The notes under the pieces were generated by a model. The model searched no databases and was not told where the DNA came from. It worked only from the letters and a program-made list of their open reading frames with translations. A DNA stretch of 59,323 nt, taken from an uncultured delta proteobacterium (GTDB lineage Bacteria; Myxococcota; Myxococcia; Myxococcales; Anaeromyxobacteraceae). A program made the position numbers and the translations under genes. How positions within the stretch are numbered: the first letter of the stretch is position 1; each line of letters begins with the position of its first letter. Below, one piece after another: positions 39,918 through 51,147 of this stretch. The stretch is from the NCBI GenBank assembly GCA_963828255.1, contig CAWHDZ010000014.1, forward strand, positions 1 to 59,323, written 5' to 3'.

Positions 39918-41095
39918 CCGGAGGAGGCGCGGACCCGCGCACCCTCGGTCACCTTGTCGCCGGGGTGGACCAGGACCCGGTCGCCTTCCGCGAGCCCCTC
40001 GACGACCTCGACGGCCGTCCCGGCCGCGTCCCCGATGCGGACCTTGCGGAGCCGGGCCCGTCCTCCGTCGAGGACGAAGACGGCCCAGCCGCCGTCCATC
40101 CGGAAGAGGGCGCCAGCGGCGACCTGCAGCGCGTCCGGCCGCTCGGCCACCACGATCCTCCCGTCGGCCGCGTAGCCGTCGGAGAGCACGGCCCAGGCTC
40201 CCGGGGTTGCCGGGTCCACGAGGACGTACACCCGCTGCTCCTCCACGCCGAGGGCGGAGACCTTCGTGAAGGCCGAGGGCTCGACCATCCGCACACGTCC
40301 GGCGAGCACCCGGTCCCCGCCCCAGTTGACGACGTCCACGGGCGCCCCGGCCCGGACGCGGACCGCGTCGCTGGTGAGGAGGTCGAACCGCAGCTCGATG
40401 CGCTCCGGATCCCCGATCTCCAGCAGCGGCGTTCCCGCCGCCACCGGCCCCTCGCTCTCCTGGAGGACCCGGAGCACCCGGCCGTCCGAAGGCGCCCGGA
40501 CCTCCACGCCCTTCCCGACCGGCGCGGCGCGCGCCCCGAGGAGCGCCTCGGTGGCCTCGACCTCCCGGCCGGCCCGCTGCAGCGCCGCCCCGGCCATGTC
40601 CAGCGCGTGGGCGCTCTCCTCGGCCGTGGACTCCGCCAGGTCGAGGTCCCGCGCCGTCACCGACCCGGCGGCGGCCAGCGAGCGGGTGCGGTCCCGCTCC
40701 CGCCTCGCCTGGGCGGCCACGTGGCCGGCCCGATCCTGGGCTGCCCGGGCCTCGGCCTCCGCGGCGCGCGCCGCCGCGAGGCGCGCCCGGAGCTCGGCGC
40801 GGGTGCGGTCGTCCAGGGGAGCGGGCGTCGCCGGCCGGACGACGGCGACCACCGACCCGGCCCCGACGGCGTCACCCGCCCTGGCCGTCGCCCGGGCCAG
40901 GTGGCCGGGAACCGGGGCGGTGACCACGAATCGGTCCCGGACGCGGGCCTTGCCGGGCCCCTCCACGGTGACCCGGAGCGCGCCGCGCCCGACCTTTCCC
41001 ACCTCCACCGGGAGCGGACCGGGGCGGAGGAGCCACGCGGCCGCCGCGAGCCCGAGGAGCCCGGCGCCGGCGGTGAGGACGGTTCGCACCTTCAT
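39914..41095 (-). CDS. Efflux membrane-fusion (periplasmic adaptor) protein
   Basis: N-terminal TM, lipoyl/coiled-coil hairpin and [19 protein letters not shown]. Confidence 0.9.
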   Translation of the reverse strand: MKVRTVLTAGAGLLGLAAAAWLLRPGPLPVEVGKVGRGALRVTVEGPGKARVRDRFVVTAPVPGHLARATARAGDAVGAGSVVAVVRPATPAPLDDRTRAELRARLAAARAAEAEARAAQDRAGHVAAQARRERDRTRSLAAAGSVTARDLDLAESTAEESAHALDMAGAALQRAGREVEATEALLGARAAPVGKGVEVRAPSDGRVLRVLQESEGPVAAGTPLLEIGDPERIELRFDLLTSDAVRVRAGAPVDVVNWGGDRVLAGRVRMVEPSAFTKVSALGVEEQRVYVLVDPATPGAWAVLSDGYAADGRIVVAERPDALQVAAGALFRMDGGWAVFVLDGGRARLRKVRIGDAAGTAVEVVEGLAEGDRVLVHPGDKVTEGARVRASSG

Positions 41096-41099
41096 GGCT

Positions 41100-43463
41100 T
41101 CACTCCTTCGCCTTGAGGACCGAGACCAGGTCGAGCCGCGAGAGCCAGCGCCGCGACCAGAGCGCCACGACCATCGCCGCGACCACCACCACCGCCGTGG
41201 CGCGCCCCGCGTTGGCCAGGCTGACCACCGCGGGCAGGCGCATCAGGTCGGAGGAGGTCGCCCAGACGGTCAGCTCGACGAACCCCCATCCGGCCAGCCA
41301 GCCGACGGGCAGGCCGGCCACCACCTGGACCGCCAGCTCGCCGACCGCGATCCGCCACGATTCTCCCACGGTGAAACCGATCACCCGGAGCGTGGCCAGC
41401 TCCCGCTCCCGCTCGGCCAGCGCCATCCGGGCGCCGTTGTAGACAACACCCACCGAGATGAGGACCGCGAAGAGGGTCAGGATGCCGGTGAACCAGAGCA
41501 GGCTGTCCTCCATCATCCGCTCGACCGAGCTCCGGGTGGCGTCGGCCAGCGCCACGCCCCCGACCCGGGGCATGCGCCGCAGCCGCTTCCCGACGTCGCC
41601 CGACGCCCCGGGCTCGATCCCCAGGTACGCCCCCGAGACCAGCGCCCCGTCGCCGGCGATCCGGTTCAGGGCCTCCCGGTCCATCACGACCTGCAGCCCC
41701 ACGAGGTCGTCGACGAGCGCCACCACGGGCACCTCGGCCGTTCGGCGCGCTCCGTCCTGGAAGACCAGCCGGATCGGATCCCCCGGGCCGACCTGGAGCT
41801 TCCCGGCGAGCCGCCGGCTCACGACGGCTCCCGCCGGAGGGACCTCAACCCCGCCGCGCCGCGCGTCCACGACCCGGTGCAGGCGTCCGCCGGGGTCGAG
41901 TCCGAGGACGGCGATGCGGTGACTCCGGTGACCCGACTCCACGCTGGCCGGGATGGCGCGGAACGGTTCCACGTCCCACACCCCGGGAAGCGCCCGGAGC
42001 TCCCGTGCGGCGCCGGCGTGGAGCGCCTGCGTGAAGTGGACCGCCAGGTCCTCCCGGGCCACCTGGCCGAACTCGTGCTCCACCAGCGTGGAGGAGGCGT
42101 CGCGCGTGAAGGCGGCCACCATGGTGCAGGCCACCGCAGCGCCGATCCCGAGCGCGGAGAGCGCCGCCCGCGTGGGCCTGCGCCCCAGATCCCGGAGCAC
42201 CATCCGGCCCGCCGGGGAGAGGAGCCTCCCCAGCCCGGCACGCTCCAGCCAGGAGGGGTGGAAGGTGGGCGGCGCCTCGGGGCGCATGGCCTCGGCCGGG
42301 GCGAGGCGCACCGCCCTCCGCACCGCGCCGGCGACGGCCACCAGGGCCACCGCCGCGGCCAGGATCGCGGCGGCGAGCCCCACCGCCGGCTCGGCCTCGT
42401 ACAGGATGGCCGGGAAGCGATAGTACCGGGCGTAGATCGCCGAGAGGGAGCTCCCGAGCCAGTAGCCACCGGCCACCCCAACCGCTGTCCCGGCCGCGAC
42501 CAGCACCAGCGCCATCGCCCCGTAGTGACGCCCGACGGCTCCGTCGCCGTATCCCAGGGCCTTCAGCGTGCCGATCTGCATGCGCTGGGTGGCGACCAGC
42601 CGGGAGAGGACCAGCGCGAGGAGGAAGGCCGCCACGCCCAGGATGACCACCGGGATGGTCGTGGCCATCACCTTCATCTGCCCGATCTCGTCGGTGACGA
42701 GCCGGTGGGAGGTCTGGAGGTCGCGGCCGTAGGCGCCACGCCCGCCCCAGGGCGCGAGCATCCGGTCGATCCCGGCGATCACCGGCTCCTCCCTGGCTCC
42801 GGGCGCGAGCCGCACGGCCACGGCGTTGAACGCGCCGGTGAGGTCGAGGGCGGCGGCGAGCGCCCGCCGGGACATCCACAGGACCCCGTAGTGGAGGTCG
42901 TCGTTCAGGATCCCGCCCGGACGGACCGTGAAGACGTGCTCCGGGGATCCTCCCACCCCCACCACGCGGAGCGCCTTCCACCGGCCGTCGATGACGGCCG
43001 AGATCCGGTCCCCGGGGCGGATCCGGTTGGCGCTCGCGAAGCCCTCGCTCATCACCACCTCGTCGGCGGCGCCCGGCGAGACCGACCTCCCCTCGCGCAG
43101 GTGCAGCCGGTCGAGCCGCGGCTCGCCCTCGTCGGGGACGGAGCGGATCAGGGCGCTGGCGGGGTCGGGCAGGCCCGGGATGTCCACCAGCGCCTCGGTC
43201 ATGACCCGGGTCTCCACCGCGGCGACGCCAGGGAGGGCCGCCAGGCGGGACGCCAGGACCTCCGGGGCGCGCACCAGCTCGGCGAAGACGTGCGGGAAGC
43301 GGTGGGTCTCGTAGAGCACGTCCCGGGTGCGCTGCAGGGCCCTCCAGGTCGTCACGGCGCCCACGAAGGTGGCGACGGCGCAGGCGACCAGGCCGGCGAT
43401 GGCGATCCCCTGCCCGCGCGTGCGCAGGATCTCCCGCCAGAGCTTCCGCGTGAGGGCCCTCAC
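41100..43463 (-). CDS. FtsX/MacB-type ABC transporter permease (two permease repeats)
   Basis: [13 protein letters not shown] and [14 protein letters not shown] repeats. Confidence 0.9.
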   Translation of the reverse strand: MRALTRKLWREILRTRGQGIAIAGLVACAVATFVGAVTTWRALQRTRDVLYETHRFPHVFAELVRAPEVLASRLAALPGVAAVETRVMTEALVDIPGLPDPASALIRSVPDEGEPRLDRLHLREGRSVSPGAADEVVMSEGFASANRIRPGDRISAVIDGRWKALRVVGVGGSPEHVFTVRPGGILNDDLHYGVLWMSRRALAAALDLTGAFNAVAVRLAPGAREEPVIAGIDRMLAPWGGRGAYGRDLQTSHRLVTDEIGQMKVMATTIPVVILGVAAFLLALVLSRLVATQRMQIGTLKALGYGDGAVGRHYGAMALVLVAAGTAVGVAGGYWLGSSLSAIYARYYRFPAILYEAEPAVGLAAAILAAAVALVAVAGAVRRAVRLAPAEAMRPEAPPTFHPSWLERAGLGRLLSPAGRMVLRDLGRRPTRAALSALGIGAAVACTMVAAFTRDASSTLVEHEFGQVAREDLAVHFTQALHAGAARELRALPGVWDVEPFRAIPASVESGHRSHRIAVLGLDPGGRLHRVVDARRGGVEVPPAGAVVSRRLAGKLQVGPGDPIRLVFQDGARRTAEVPVVALVDDLVGLQVVMDREALNRIAGDGALVSGAYLGIEPGASGDVGKRLRRMPRVGGVALADATRSSVERMMEDSLLWFTGILTLFAVLISVGVVYNGARMALAERERELATLRVIGFTVGESWRIAVGELAVQVVAGLPVGWLAGWGFVELTVWATSSDLMRLPAVVSLANAGRATAVVVVAAMVVALWSRRWLSRLDLVSVLKAKE

Positions 43464-44173
43464 CAGGAGATCTCCCCCGCGGAGGCCCGCCGCTCGTTCC
43501 GGGTCTCGGACGCGATCCGCCCATCCGCCATCCGGACCACCCGGTCGGCCATTCCCCCGATGGATGCGTTGTGGGTGATCACCGCGACGGTGGTGCCGAG
43601 CTCGCGATTGACCCGCTCGAGGACCTCGAGCACCGAGCGTCCGGTGGCGGCGTCGAGCGCGCCCGTGGGCTCGTCGCAGAGCAAGACGTCGGGTCGCTTG
43701 GCGATGGCCCGGGCGATGGCCACGCGCTGCTGCTCGCCGCCGGAGAGCTGCGACGGGAAGTGATCGAGCCGCTCCGAGAGCCCGACGCGCCCCAGCGCCT
43801 CCTCGGCCGGGAGGGGGTCGGGCGCGATCTCGGCGGCGAGGGCGACGTTCTCGCGGGCGGTGAGGCTGGGAACCAGGTTGTAGAACTGGAAGACGAATCC
43901 CACGTGCTCGCGCCGGTACGCCGTGAGCGCCCGGTCGTCGGCGCGGGCCAGGTCGTGGTCCCGGTAGCGCACCACCCCCGCCGAGGGAGCGTCGAGCCCC
44001 CCCAGCACGTTCAGCAGGGTGGACTTCCCGGAACCCGAGGGGCCCAGGATCACCACGAACTCGCCGTCCCAGATCCTGAGGCTCACGCCGCGGAGGGCGT
44101 GCACCTCGACCTCACCCATCCGGTAGACCTTGGTGATCCCCACCGCCTCGAATGCGGGCGACGTGGCGGGCAT
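43460..44173 (-). CDS. ABC transporter ATP-binding protein (MacB/LolD-like)
   Basis: [28 protein letters not shown] and CDEPTGALD motifs. Confidence 0.94.
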   Translation of the reverse strand: MPATSPAFEAVGITKVYRMGEVEVHALRGVSLRIWDGEFVVILGPSGSGKSTLLNVLGGLDAPSAGVVRYRDHDLARADDRALTAYRREHVGFVFQFYNLVPSLTARENVALAAEIAPDPLPAEEALGRVGLSERLDHFPSQLSGGEQQRVAIARAIAKRPDVLLCDEPTGALDAATGRSVLEVLERVNRELGTTVAVITHNASIGGMADRVVRMADGRIASETRNERRASAGEISW

Positions 44174-44257
44174 GGCGGCCCCCCTCTCCCGGGCGCTTCA
44201 CTCCCTGGAACGCTACGCCCTTCACGGCAGGGGCGCCGCGACCCAATCGGGGTGGCC

Positions 44258-44857
44258 TCACTCCCGGAAGAGCCGCCCCACCACGAAGACCTCGAAGCTG
44301 CGCTCCCGCGTGGCCTCGGGGCGCACCACGTCCACCTTGCCGAACCGGGCGCGCACCTCCTTCTGGAAGATCGGGAAGTCGCCCCCCATGAAGACCTTCA
44401 CCACGAAGGAGCCGCCGAGCTTGAGCGTCTCGCCGGCCACGTCGAGCGCCATGCGGGAGAGCTCGAGCGACCTCGCCTCGTCGGTCACCTTCACGCCGAT
44501 GGTCTTCGGCGCCATGTCGCTCGTCACCAGGTCGAACCGTCCGGGGTGGAGCGCGCGGATGCCGTCGAGCGCGTCGGGCGCGAGCAGGTCGAGCACCGCG
44601 GTCTTCACCCAGGGCTTCCCGAGCGCCCGGATCTCGACGATGTCCACCCCGACGGCGACCCCCCGCGGGCCGACCACCTCGGCGAGCACCTGGAGGAACC
44701 CTCCCGGCGCTGCTCCCAGATCGAGCACCGAGCCGCCCTTCCCGAGCAGCTTCTGCCTCCGGAGGATCTCCTCGATCTTGAAGGCGGATCGGGCGCGAAA
44801 CCCCTGCTCCTTGGCCTTCTGGAAGAAGCGGTCCTTGGGGTCGTAGGGTTTTGCCAT
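44258..44857 (-). CDS. rlmE: 23S rRNA Um2552 methyltransferase
   Basis: GFRARSAFKIEEI, DLGAAPGGF, SDMAPKTIG, KVFMG and RSFEVF motifs. Confidence 0.94.
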   Translation of the reverse strand: MAKPYDPKDRFFQKAKEQGFRARSAFKIEEILRRQKLLGKGGSVLDLGAAPGGFLQVLAEVVGPRGVAVGVDIVEIRALGKPWVKTAVLDLLAPDALDGIRALHPGRFDLVTSDMAPKTIGVKVTDEARSLELSRMALDVAGETLKLGGSFVVKVFMGGDFPIFQKEVRARFGKVDVVRPEATRERSFEVFVVGRLFRE

Positions 44858-44986
44858 TGCGTACCAAGATGGTCCACTCTCCATACCGCATCCCACGCCT
44901 GCCCGCCCCTTGACGAGTCCCGGCCTACGTCGGATAACCCTCGTCCCCCGACCGGATCGGGAAACCTCTCAGGAGAGACGAGACCC

Positions 44987-45292
44987 ATGGCGACCATCAT
45001 CACCGAGGAGTGCATCAACTGCGGCGCGTGCGAGCCCGAGTGCCCGAACGGCGCCATCACCCAGGGCGATGACATCTACATCATCAACGCCGACCTCTGC
45101 ACCGAGTGCGTCGGCTTCCACGACGAGGAGGCCTGCGCCGCGGTCTGCCCGGTGGACTGCTGCGTGCCGGATCCGGCCCGCCCGGAGACCGAGGAGCAGA
45201 ACTACGCCAAGCTGGCCACGATCCACGCCGACAAGTCCTTCCCGGCGCTGGGCGAGCTGCCGGCGAACCTGTCCCGGTTCCGCAAGGCCTAG
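44987..45292 (+). CDS. 2x[4Fe-4S] ferredoxin (YfhL-like)
   Basis: CINCGACEPECP...CTECVGFHDEEACAAVCPVDC; RBS AGGAGA. Confidence 0.95.
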   Translation: MATIITEECINCGACEPECPNGAITQGDDIYIINADLCTECVGFHDEEACAAVCPVDCCVPDPARPETEEQNYAKLATIHADKSFPALGELPANLSRFRKA

Positions 45293-45328
45293 TCTCCGCC
45301 CGCGACAGGGCGCGAGCCTGGTCCACGG

Positions 45329-45365
45329 ACCCCGCACGTCGGAAGGCGCGCGGGGTTCGTCGTTT
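45329..45365 (+). terminator. Probable intrinsic terminator after ferredoxin
   Basis: Hairpin ACCCCGCACGTC-GGAA-GGCGCGCGGGGT followed by TCGTCGTTT. Confidence 0.55.
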
Positions 45366-45395
45366 CCGGACCCAGCGGCCATTAGGAGGCACGCC

Positions 45396-47048
45396 ATGGA
45401 CATGCTCACCGGTGGCCAGCTCGTCGCGCGCATGCTGAAGAAGGAGGGGGTGGGAACGGTCTTCACCCTCTCAGGCCTCCACGTCGCGCCCATCTACGTC
45501 GGGCTCGTCGAGGAGGGGATCCACATCGTGGACACCCGCCACGAGCAGGCCGCGGCCCACGCCGCCGACGCCTGGGCCCGCCTCACCCGCGGCATGGGCG
45601 TGGCCATCGTCACCGCCGGTCCGGGCGTGACCGACGCGGTCACCGGGGTCGCCAACGCCTGGGCGGCCAACGTGCCGCTGCTGCTCATCGGCGGGGCCGC
45701 CCCGACCTTCAACCAGGGGCGCGGGTCCCTCCAGGAGATGCCGCAGACCCAGCTCTTCCAGGGCATCACCAAGTGGAGCGACCGGGTGCCCTCGCCCGAG
45801 CTGCTCGCCAGCTACATGGCGAAGGCCTTCCGCGTGGCCCGCGCCGGCCGGCCCGGGCCGGTTTTCCTCGAGATCCCCTGGGACGTGCTCTCCAACGGCG
45901 CCGACGCGTCCACGGCCGACGCCCTCACCGGCTACCGCACCGATGCCCGCTGCCCGGGCGACCCGCGCAAGATCGACCAGGCGCTGGCGCTTCTCGCCGG
46001 GGCCGATCGGCCCGTGCTCCTGGGCGGCTCCTCCATCTGGTGGGACGACGCCCCGCTGGCGCTCGACCGGTTCGCCACCCGCACCGGGATCCCGGTCTAC
46101 CTGAACGGCATGGGGCGCGGCTGCCTGCCCCCCGGCCACCCCTGCTTCTTCCAGCACACCCGCAAGGAGGCGCTCGGCGAGGCCGACGTGGTGCTGGTGG
46201 TGGGCACCCCGCTCGACTTCCGGGTCGGCTACGGGAGCGAGCCCACCATCGCCGCGGGAGCGAGGGTGATCCAGGTGGACGTCGAGGCGGCCGAGATCGG
46301 GCGCAACCGGCGCATCGACGCGGGCATCGTGGGTGATTCACGGAGCGTGCTCGACCAGCTGGAGGCCGGCGCGAGCGCCATCCCCGGTGCGGCGGCCTGG
46401 CGGACAAGGCTGCGGGCGAGCGAGGCCGTCAAGCTGGAGCGGCAGGCGGCCTTCGAGCAGAGCGCCCAGCGCCCCATCCACCACTTCCGGCTGGGCATGG
46501 AGATCGACGCGGCGGCCCGGCGCGCCGGCGACGTCACCTTCGTGGCCGACGGCGGAAACGTGGTCGCCGTGGCGGCGAAGAGCATCCAGCTCCCGCGGCC
46601 CGGGCGCTGGCTCGACCCGGGGCCGCTGGGCTGCCTGGGCGTGGGCGCGCCCTTCGCGCTGGCGGCGAAGACGCTCGCCCCGGACCGCCCGGTGCTGGTC
46701 ATCCAGGGGGACGGCTCCTTCGGCCTGAACGGCTTCGACTTCGAGACCGCGGTCCGCTTCGGCCTCCCCATGGTGGTGGTGGTCGGCAACGACGCCGCCT
46801 GGGGGCAGATCCTCATCCCGCAGCGCAACATGTACGGGGAGGCGAAGAGCCCGGCCACCCGTCTCGCCTCCACCCGGTACGACCGGGTGGTCGAGGCCTT
46901 CGGCGGCCAGGGGGAGCACGTGGACGACCCGGCCGACCTGCCCGCCGCCCTGGACCGCGCCTTCGCCTCCGGGACCGTCTACTGTGTGGACGTCGCCATC
47001 GACCCGGAGGCCGCCGCTTCGTCGGGCGCCGCCGGCTACGCCGTCTGA
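45396..47048 (+). CDS. Thiamine diphosphate-dependent enzyme (acetolactate synthase/2-hydroxyacyl-CoA lyase-like)
   Basis: TRHEQAAAHAAD, TAGPGVTDAVTG, DPGPLGCLGVG and GDGSFG...NDAAWG motifs. Confidence 0.9.
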   Translation: MDMLTGGQLVARMLKKEGVGTVFTLSGLHVAPIYVGLVEEGIHIVDTRHEQAAAHAADAWARLTRGMGVAIVTAGPGVTDAVTGVANAWAANVPLLLIGGAAPTFNQGRGSLQEMPQTQLFQGITKWSDRVPSPELLASYMAKAFRVARAGRPGPVFLEIPWDVLSNGADASTADALTGYRTDARCPGDPRKIDQALALLAGADRPVLLGGSSIWWDDAPLALDRFATRTGIPVYLNGMGRGCLPPGHPCFFQHTRKEALGEADVVLVVGTPLDFRVGYGSEPTIAAGARVIQVDVEAAEIGRNRRIDAGIVGDSRSVLDQLEAGASAIPGAAAWRTRLRASEAVKLERQAAFEQSAQRPIHHFRLGMEIDAAARRAGDVTFVADGGNVVAVAAKSIQLPRPGRWLDPGPLGCLGVGAPFALAAKTLAPDRPVLVIQGDGSFGLNGFDFETAVRFGLPMVVVVGNDAAWGQILIPQRNMYGEAKSPATRLASTRYDRVVEAFGGQGEHVDDPADLPAALDRAFASGTVYCVDVAIDPEAAASSGAAGYAV

Positions 47049-47060
47049 ACGGAGAACGCC

Positions 47061-47621
47061 ATGCCCGCTCCCCACCCCAAGCTCCACCGCGACCGCACCG
47101 TGATCCTGGTCGTCGACGTGCAGGACCGGCTCACCCCGGCCATGCCGCCCGACACCCTGGCACGCCTGGTGAAGTACGCCCGGGCCCTCATCCACTGCGG
47201 GAAGACGCTGGGGCTCCCCGTGCTCTGCACCGAGCAATATCCGAAGGGGCTCGGGCACACCCTCCCCGCGCTCCTCGAGCTCCTCCCCTCCCCTCCCCTC
47301 GAGAAGGTGCACTTCTCCTGCGGCGCCGACCCGGTCTTCCAGCGCACCCTGGAGACCACGGGAAGGAAGCAGGTGGTGATCACCGGCATGGAGACCCACG
47401 TCTGCGTCTTCCAGACCACGCGCGACCTCGTCGCCATGGGGTACGACGTGCAGGTCTGCGCCGACGCGGTGTCGAGCCGGACCGAGGAGCACCGGGTGCG
47501 GGGGCTGGACCTGTGCCGCCAGGCCGGGGCGGTGGTCACCACTGCAGAGACCGCCATCTTCGACCTGCTCCACCAGGCGGCCACGCCCGAGTTCAAGGCC
47601 GTGTCACCCTGGGTGAAATAG
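47061..47621 (+). CDS. Isochorismatase-family hydrolase (YcaC/ISOC-like)
   Basis: VVDVQDRL, TEQYPKGLG, KVHFSC and GMETHVCV motifs. Confidence 0.9.
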   Translation: MPAPHPKLHRDRTVILVVDVQDRLTPAMPPDTLARLVKYARALIHCGKTLGLPVLCTEQYPKGLGHTLPALLELLPSPPLEKVHFSCGADPVFQRTLETTGRKQVVITGMETHVCVFQTTRDLVAMGYDVQVCADAVSSRTEEHRVRGLDLCRQAGAVVTTAETAIFDLLHQAATPEFKAVSPWVK

Positions 47622-47622
47622 G

Positions 47623-48807
47623 TCAGACCGCGACGCGCGGCAGGAGCGGGTTCACCCGGGTGGTGATCTCGTAGTGGATGGTGCCGGCCCAGCCGGCCAG
47701 CGCCTCGGCCGACACGCTCTCCTCTCCGTCCCGCCCCAGCAGGACCGCCACGTCGCCGGCCGCCGCGTCCGGGACGTCGGTGACGTCGACCATGAACATG
47801 TTCATGCAGACGCGCCCCAGCACCGGCGCCCGCTGGCCGCGCACCAGGACGTGGGCCCGCGAGGAGAGCGCCCGGGAGTAGCCCTCGAAGTAGCCCACCG
47901 GGATCACCGCGATGCGGGTGCGGCGCTGGGCCCGCCAGGTCCGGCCGTAGCCGACGTATCCGCCGGCCGGCACGTCCTTCACCTGGGCCACCAGCGCCTT
48001 CCAGGTCATCACCGGCGACAGCGCGAAGCCGGAGAGCCCGCGTTCCCGCGCCGACACCAGCGTCTCGCGCGACGGCCACAGGCCGTAGAGGCCGATGCCG
48101 ACGCGGGCCATGTCGAAGTGGGTCCGGGGGAAGAGGATGGCGGCGGCCGAGCAGGCGGTGTGGCGCACCGTGGGACGCGGGCCGGCGGCGGCGACCCGAT
48201 CGACACCCTCGGTGAATCTCGCCATCTGCGACTCGGCGTAGCCGTGGTCGGTGGTGTCCTCGATGTCGGCGTAGTGGGTGGAGATCCCTTCCAGGAGGAG
48301 GCCCGCCTCGGCCGCGACCGCGCGGGCGAGCGCCACCGCCTCCCCGGCCTCGAGCCCCTGCCGGTGGGTACCGGTCTCGAGCTTGAGGTGCACCCGCGCC
48401 GTGCGCCCCTGGGCGCGGGCCGCGCGCGCCAGCACCGGGATGGCGGAAGGGTCGTAGAGGGTGAGGCGCAGGTCGGCGGCGACTGCGTCGGCGAAGTCCT
48501 GCGGCGGCGTGTGGCCGAGGCAGAGGATGGGGACGTCCGGGCCGACCAGGGCCCGCAGCGGGATGCCTTCGTTGGCGCCCCAGACCGCGAGCCAGGAGGC
48601 GCCGGCGCGCAGGGCGGCGGGGGCGACCAGGGCCACGCCGTGGCCGTAGGCCTCCGACTTCACGACGGCCGCGAGCCTGGCCCCGCCCAGGCGTCCCTGG
48701 AAGGCGCGGACGTTGGCGGCGAGGGCGGCGAGGTCGATCTCGAGCCAGCTCACGGTGCCGGGCGGCAGGCCGGCGGGTCGGGAGGGCGGCGGGGGGGCCG
48801 AAGGCAT
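47623..48807 (-). CDS. alr: Alanine racemase
   Basis: AVVKSEAYGHG PLP-lysine motif, HLKLETG, RVGIGLYG, VGYGRTW and GRVCMN. Confidence 0.94.
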   Translation of the reverse strand: MPSAPPPPSRPAGLPPGTVSWLEIDLAALAANVRAFQGRLGGARLAAVVKSEAYGHGVALVAPAALRAGASWLAVWGANEGIPLRALVGPDVPILCLGHTPPQDFADAVAADLRLTLYDPSAIPVLARAARAQGRTARVHLKLETGTHRQGLEAGEAVALARAVAAEAGLLLEGISTHYADIEDTTDHGYAESQMARFTEGVDRVAAAGPRPTVRHTACSAAAILFPRTHFDMARVGIGLYGLWPSRETLVSARERGLSGFALSPVMTWKALVAQVKDVPAGGYVGYGRTWRAQRRTRIAVIPVGYFEGYSRALSSRAHVLVRGQRAPVLGRVCMNMFMVDVTDVPDAAAGDVAVLLGRDGEESVSAEALAGWAGTIHYEITTRVNPLLPRVAV

Positions 48808-48923
48808 CCGCGGAGTGTAGCCCGGAGGGGCCGGCGGCTCGACGATCCGGCCGAAATCCCCCGTGTGGCGAAGCGGTTGACCCTCGGGGGCGCGAGTGTT
48901 ACCTATCGCGTCCCTGTCGTACC

Positions 48924-48997
<74 letters not shown>

Positions 48998-49002
48998 CTC
49001 AT

Positions 49003-49055
49003 GGAAGGCCCCGAGGTTCCTCGCGAAAGCGGCGGCCTCGGGGCCTTCGTTTTTG
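49003..49055 (+). terminator. Intrinsic terminator after tRNA-Pro
   Basis: Stem GAAGGCCCCGAGG...CCTCGGGGCCTTC followed by GTTTTT. Confidence 0.8.
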
Positions 49056-49102
49056 GTAGCGTGCGGACGCCCTCCGCTTGGGCGCTCCCTACCGGGGTCC
49101 GT

Positions 49103-50253
49103 TCATCCAATCGGTTCGAAATCGCCCAGGCCGAAGGTCTTGTCGAAGAACGGCTGCAGCGGGGCGTAGAGGCGGAAGTAGACGAACCATCCGTTACACC
49201 TGACCCTTGCCCACCTCGGGGTTCACCATGCCCTTGCTGCTGGTGACGGCCTCGTGGAACCAGGAACTCCGCTCGTCCAGCTCGACGCGGGTCTCGGTCT
49301 CCTGCGGGATGGTGAAGTCGAAGCACTTGTACCAGTGGGTGCCCTTCCAGTACGGCTCGGCGAAGCGCGGGTTCACCTGGAGGTTGCGGGCCATGAGCTC
49401 GCCCATCGCCGCGCCACGGAGCAGGATCGACTCCTGCCGCGCGTCGGGCCGGAAGGGCTTTCCCTTCTCGATGCCGAGCGGGAGCAGCATCGCCATCCAG
49501 GCCTTGTCGACCGCGCGCACCGGCTCGTCCTGGATCGCCTCCTAGAGGACCTGCCAGTACGCGAGGCCCCGTGGCGCGGTCGCGCTCCACTCGACGTCGC
49601 GACCCTCGATGAACGGGCAGGTCGCGAGCGGCGCCTCCGTGCCGGCCGATCTTCAGGCTGGACTTCACCCGGGCATAGAACGCCGGATCGGGGTCCAGGA
49701 TCCGCAGGCCGAAGAGGATGACGTTCGTCGCGCTCTGGACCACGAAGGTGCCCGGCTTCTCGTACGCCTTGGGGTCGCACTCCGGGCCGACGACGACGTA
49801 GGTGCCGCCCTTGCCTCCGTCGGGACCGGTCAGGCCCGAGTCCGCCACCGGGCGCTGCCAGAGGTCGATGAATCCACCGGCCGTCATCCCGGCGGGATAC
49901 TCGACCACGAGCGGCCCGTCCTTCAGGCTCGTGAATAGCAGGACGTAGGGTGTGGTCAGGTTCGCCGTCACGTTGCCCCGCTTCTCCTTGAGCGTATTCA
50001 GCACGACGAAGTCGTGGGGACCCTTCACGCCGAAGGCCTCTCCCTGGCGGAGGCGCCAGGTGGTCATGCTGACGATCGGATGGCTCCAGAGGTAGGCCTG
50101 GCAAGCCCGCTGGAAGTCCAGCTCGTCGAACAGCCGCCGAGAGGCGTCGTCGTCGAAGTAGCTGTGGCGCAACTCGATGTCCCCGATCGGGGTATGGATG
50201 AGCTCGTCGCCTTGCAGTGTGGCGGCTTCGAGAGGATTCGTGCGCATGGTCAC
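49103..50253 (-). pseudogene. DUF1254/DUF1214 family protein pseudogene
   Basis: N-terminus LFDELDFQRACQAYLW...TANLTTPY...GPDGGKGG. Lesions: frameshift near 49630, in-frame TAG at 49542-44, and a deletion near 49195 before the C-terminal GWFVYFRLYAPLQPFFDKTF. Confidence 0.85.
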
Positions 50254-50323
50254 CTTCGGTGCGCGGAATGCAGTGTCGGTGAAGCGAATGCGCCGCTGGA
50301 CCGGCTCCCGTGCATCCCCCGGT

Positions 50324-50752
50324 TCATGCCTCGCCGAGCGTCGCCAGGAACTCGGCGGCGCTGACCACCATGACGCCCGCGAAGCCGCCGACGGCGAGCA
50401 CCGCCCCGTCGCCGCTCACGATGGTCCGGGCCCCAGCGGCGAGCGCCGTTGCGAAGAGGACATCGTCATCGGGGTCCGCCTCGACGACGCGTACGTCGCC
50501 GAGCAGGTCGGGCGGCACCATGGTGGCGATGGTAGCGAGCCTTGCGAGCACCTGTCGGGCCTGCGTCTCACGTCCCTGCAGCCGCTTCAGGATGCGCGGC
50601 AGGTCGAGGATACGACGGCACTCCACGGCGATGGCCGGCGTCCACACCAGCTCGTAGCGGAGCCCGGCCGCCCTGAGGACGGCCGCCGGCACGCCGGCCC
50701 GGTTGAGAATGCCGCTCACCACCACGTTCGTGTCGACGACCGCGCGGATCAC
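50324..50752 (-). CDS. PIN domain toxin (PIN_3/TIGR00305-like), copy 1
   Basis: RAVVDTNVVVSG, VECR, DPDDDVLFATALAAGA and IVSGD motifs. Confidence 0.9.
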   Translation of the reverse strand: MIRAVVDTNVVVSGILNRAGVPAAVLRAAGLRYELVWTPAIAVECRRILDLPRILKRLQGRETQARQVLARLATIATMVPPDLLGDVRVVEADPDDDVLFATALAAGARTIVSGDGAVLAVGGFAGVMVVSAAEFLATLGEA

Positions 50753-51003
50753 CGGCGGCGGCTCCGCACCTCTCGCTTCGCCTCGGCGGCGAGCTCGGCC
50801 GCCTCCTCGTCGGTCATGTCTCCGCCGGCCTTGGTCGCGTCGAGCAGCCGTGCCAGGTCGACGACCGCCCGGCGCTTGCGGGCCGCGGCAATCGCCAGGT
50901 CGCGAAGCCAGGCGGACACCGACCCGCCCGGCGCCATGCGCTTGAGCAGGTCACGGTCGGCCCTGGTGACTCGGACGGGGATGATGACGTCCCTGGTAGC
51001 CAT
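50749..51003 (-). CDS. Putative ribbon-helix-helix antitoxin, copy 1
   Basis: 84 aa; N-terminal beta strand IPVRV followed by helices (SVSAWLRDLA) and an acidic MTDEEAAEL tail; GTGA overlap with the PIN gene. Confidence 0.78.
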   Translation of the reverse strand: MATRDVIIPVRVTRADRDLLKRMAPGGSVSAWLRDLAIAAARKRRAVVDLARLLDATKAGGDMTDEEAAELAAEAKREVRSRRR

Positions 51004-51112
51004 GCCGTTAGCTATACAACGTATGGCGGTGCCCGAGCAAGCCAGCGCGCCAGTGTTCCGAGGCGCCCGCGCCAGGTCGGCTCGATCACCTCCCATCCGG
51101 TTCGAGGCCCAT

Positions 51113-51141
51113 TTGAACTGTAGCGCCGTTGTAGCTACACT
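51113..51141 (+). promoter_or_regulatory. Sigma70-type promoter overlapped by a palindromic operator
   Basis: TTGAAC, 17 bp spacer, TACACT. The perfect palindrome TGTAGCTACA at 51130-39 overlaps the -10, and the ATG lies 6 nt after it. Confidence 0.65.
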
Positions 51142-51147
51142 CCGTTC

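Noticed and set aside
49542..49544. In-frame TAG as possible pyrrolysine or readthrough
   Set aside because: The same gene also has a frameshift and a deletion, so it is simply a pseudogene.
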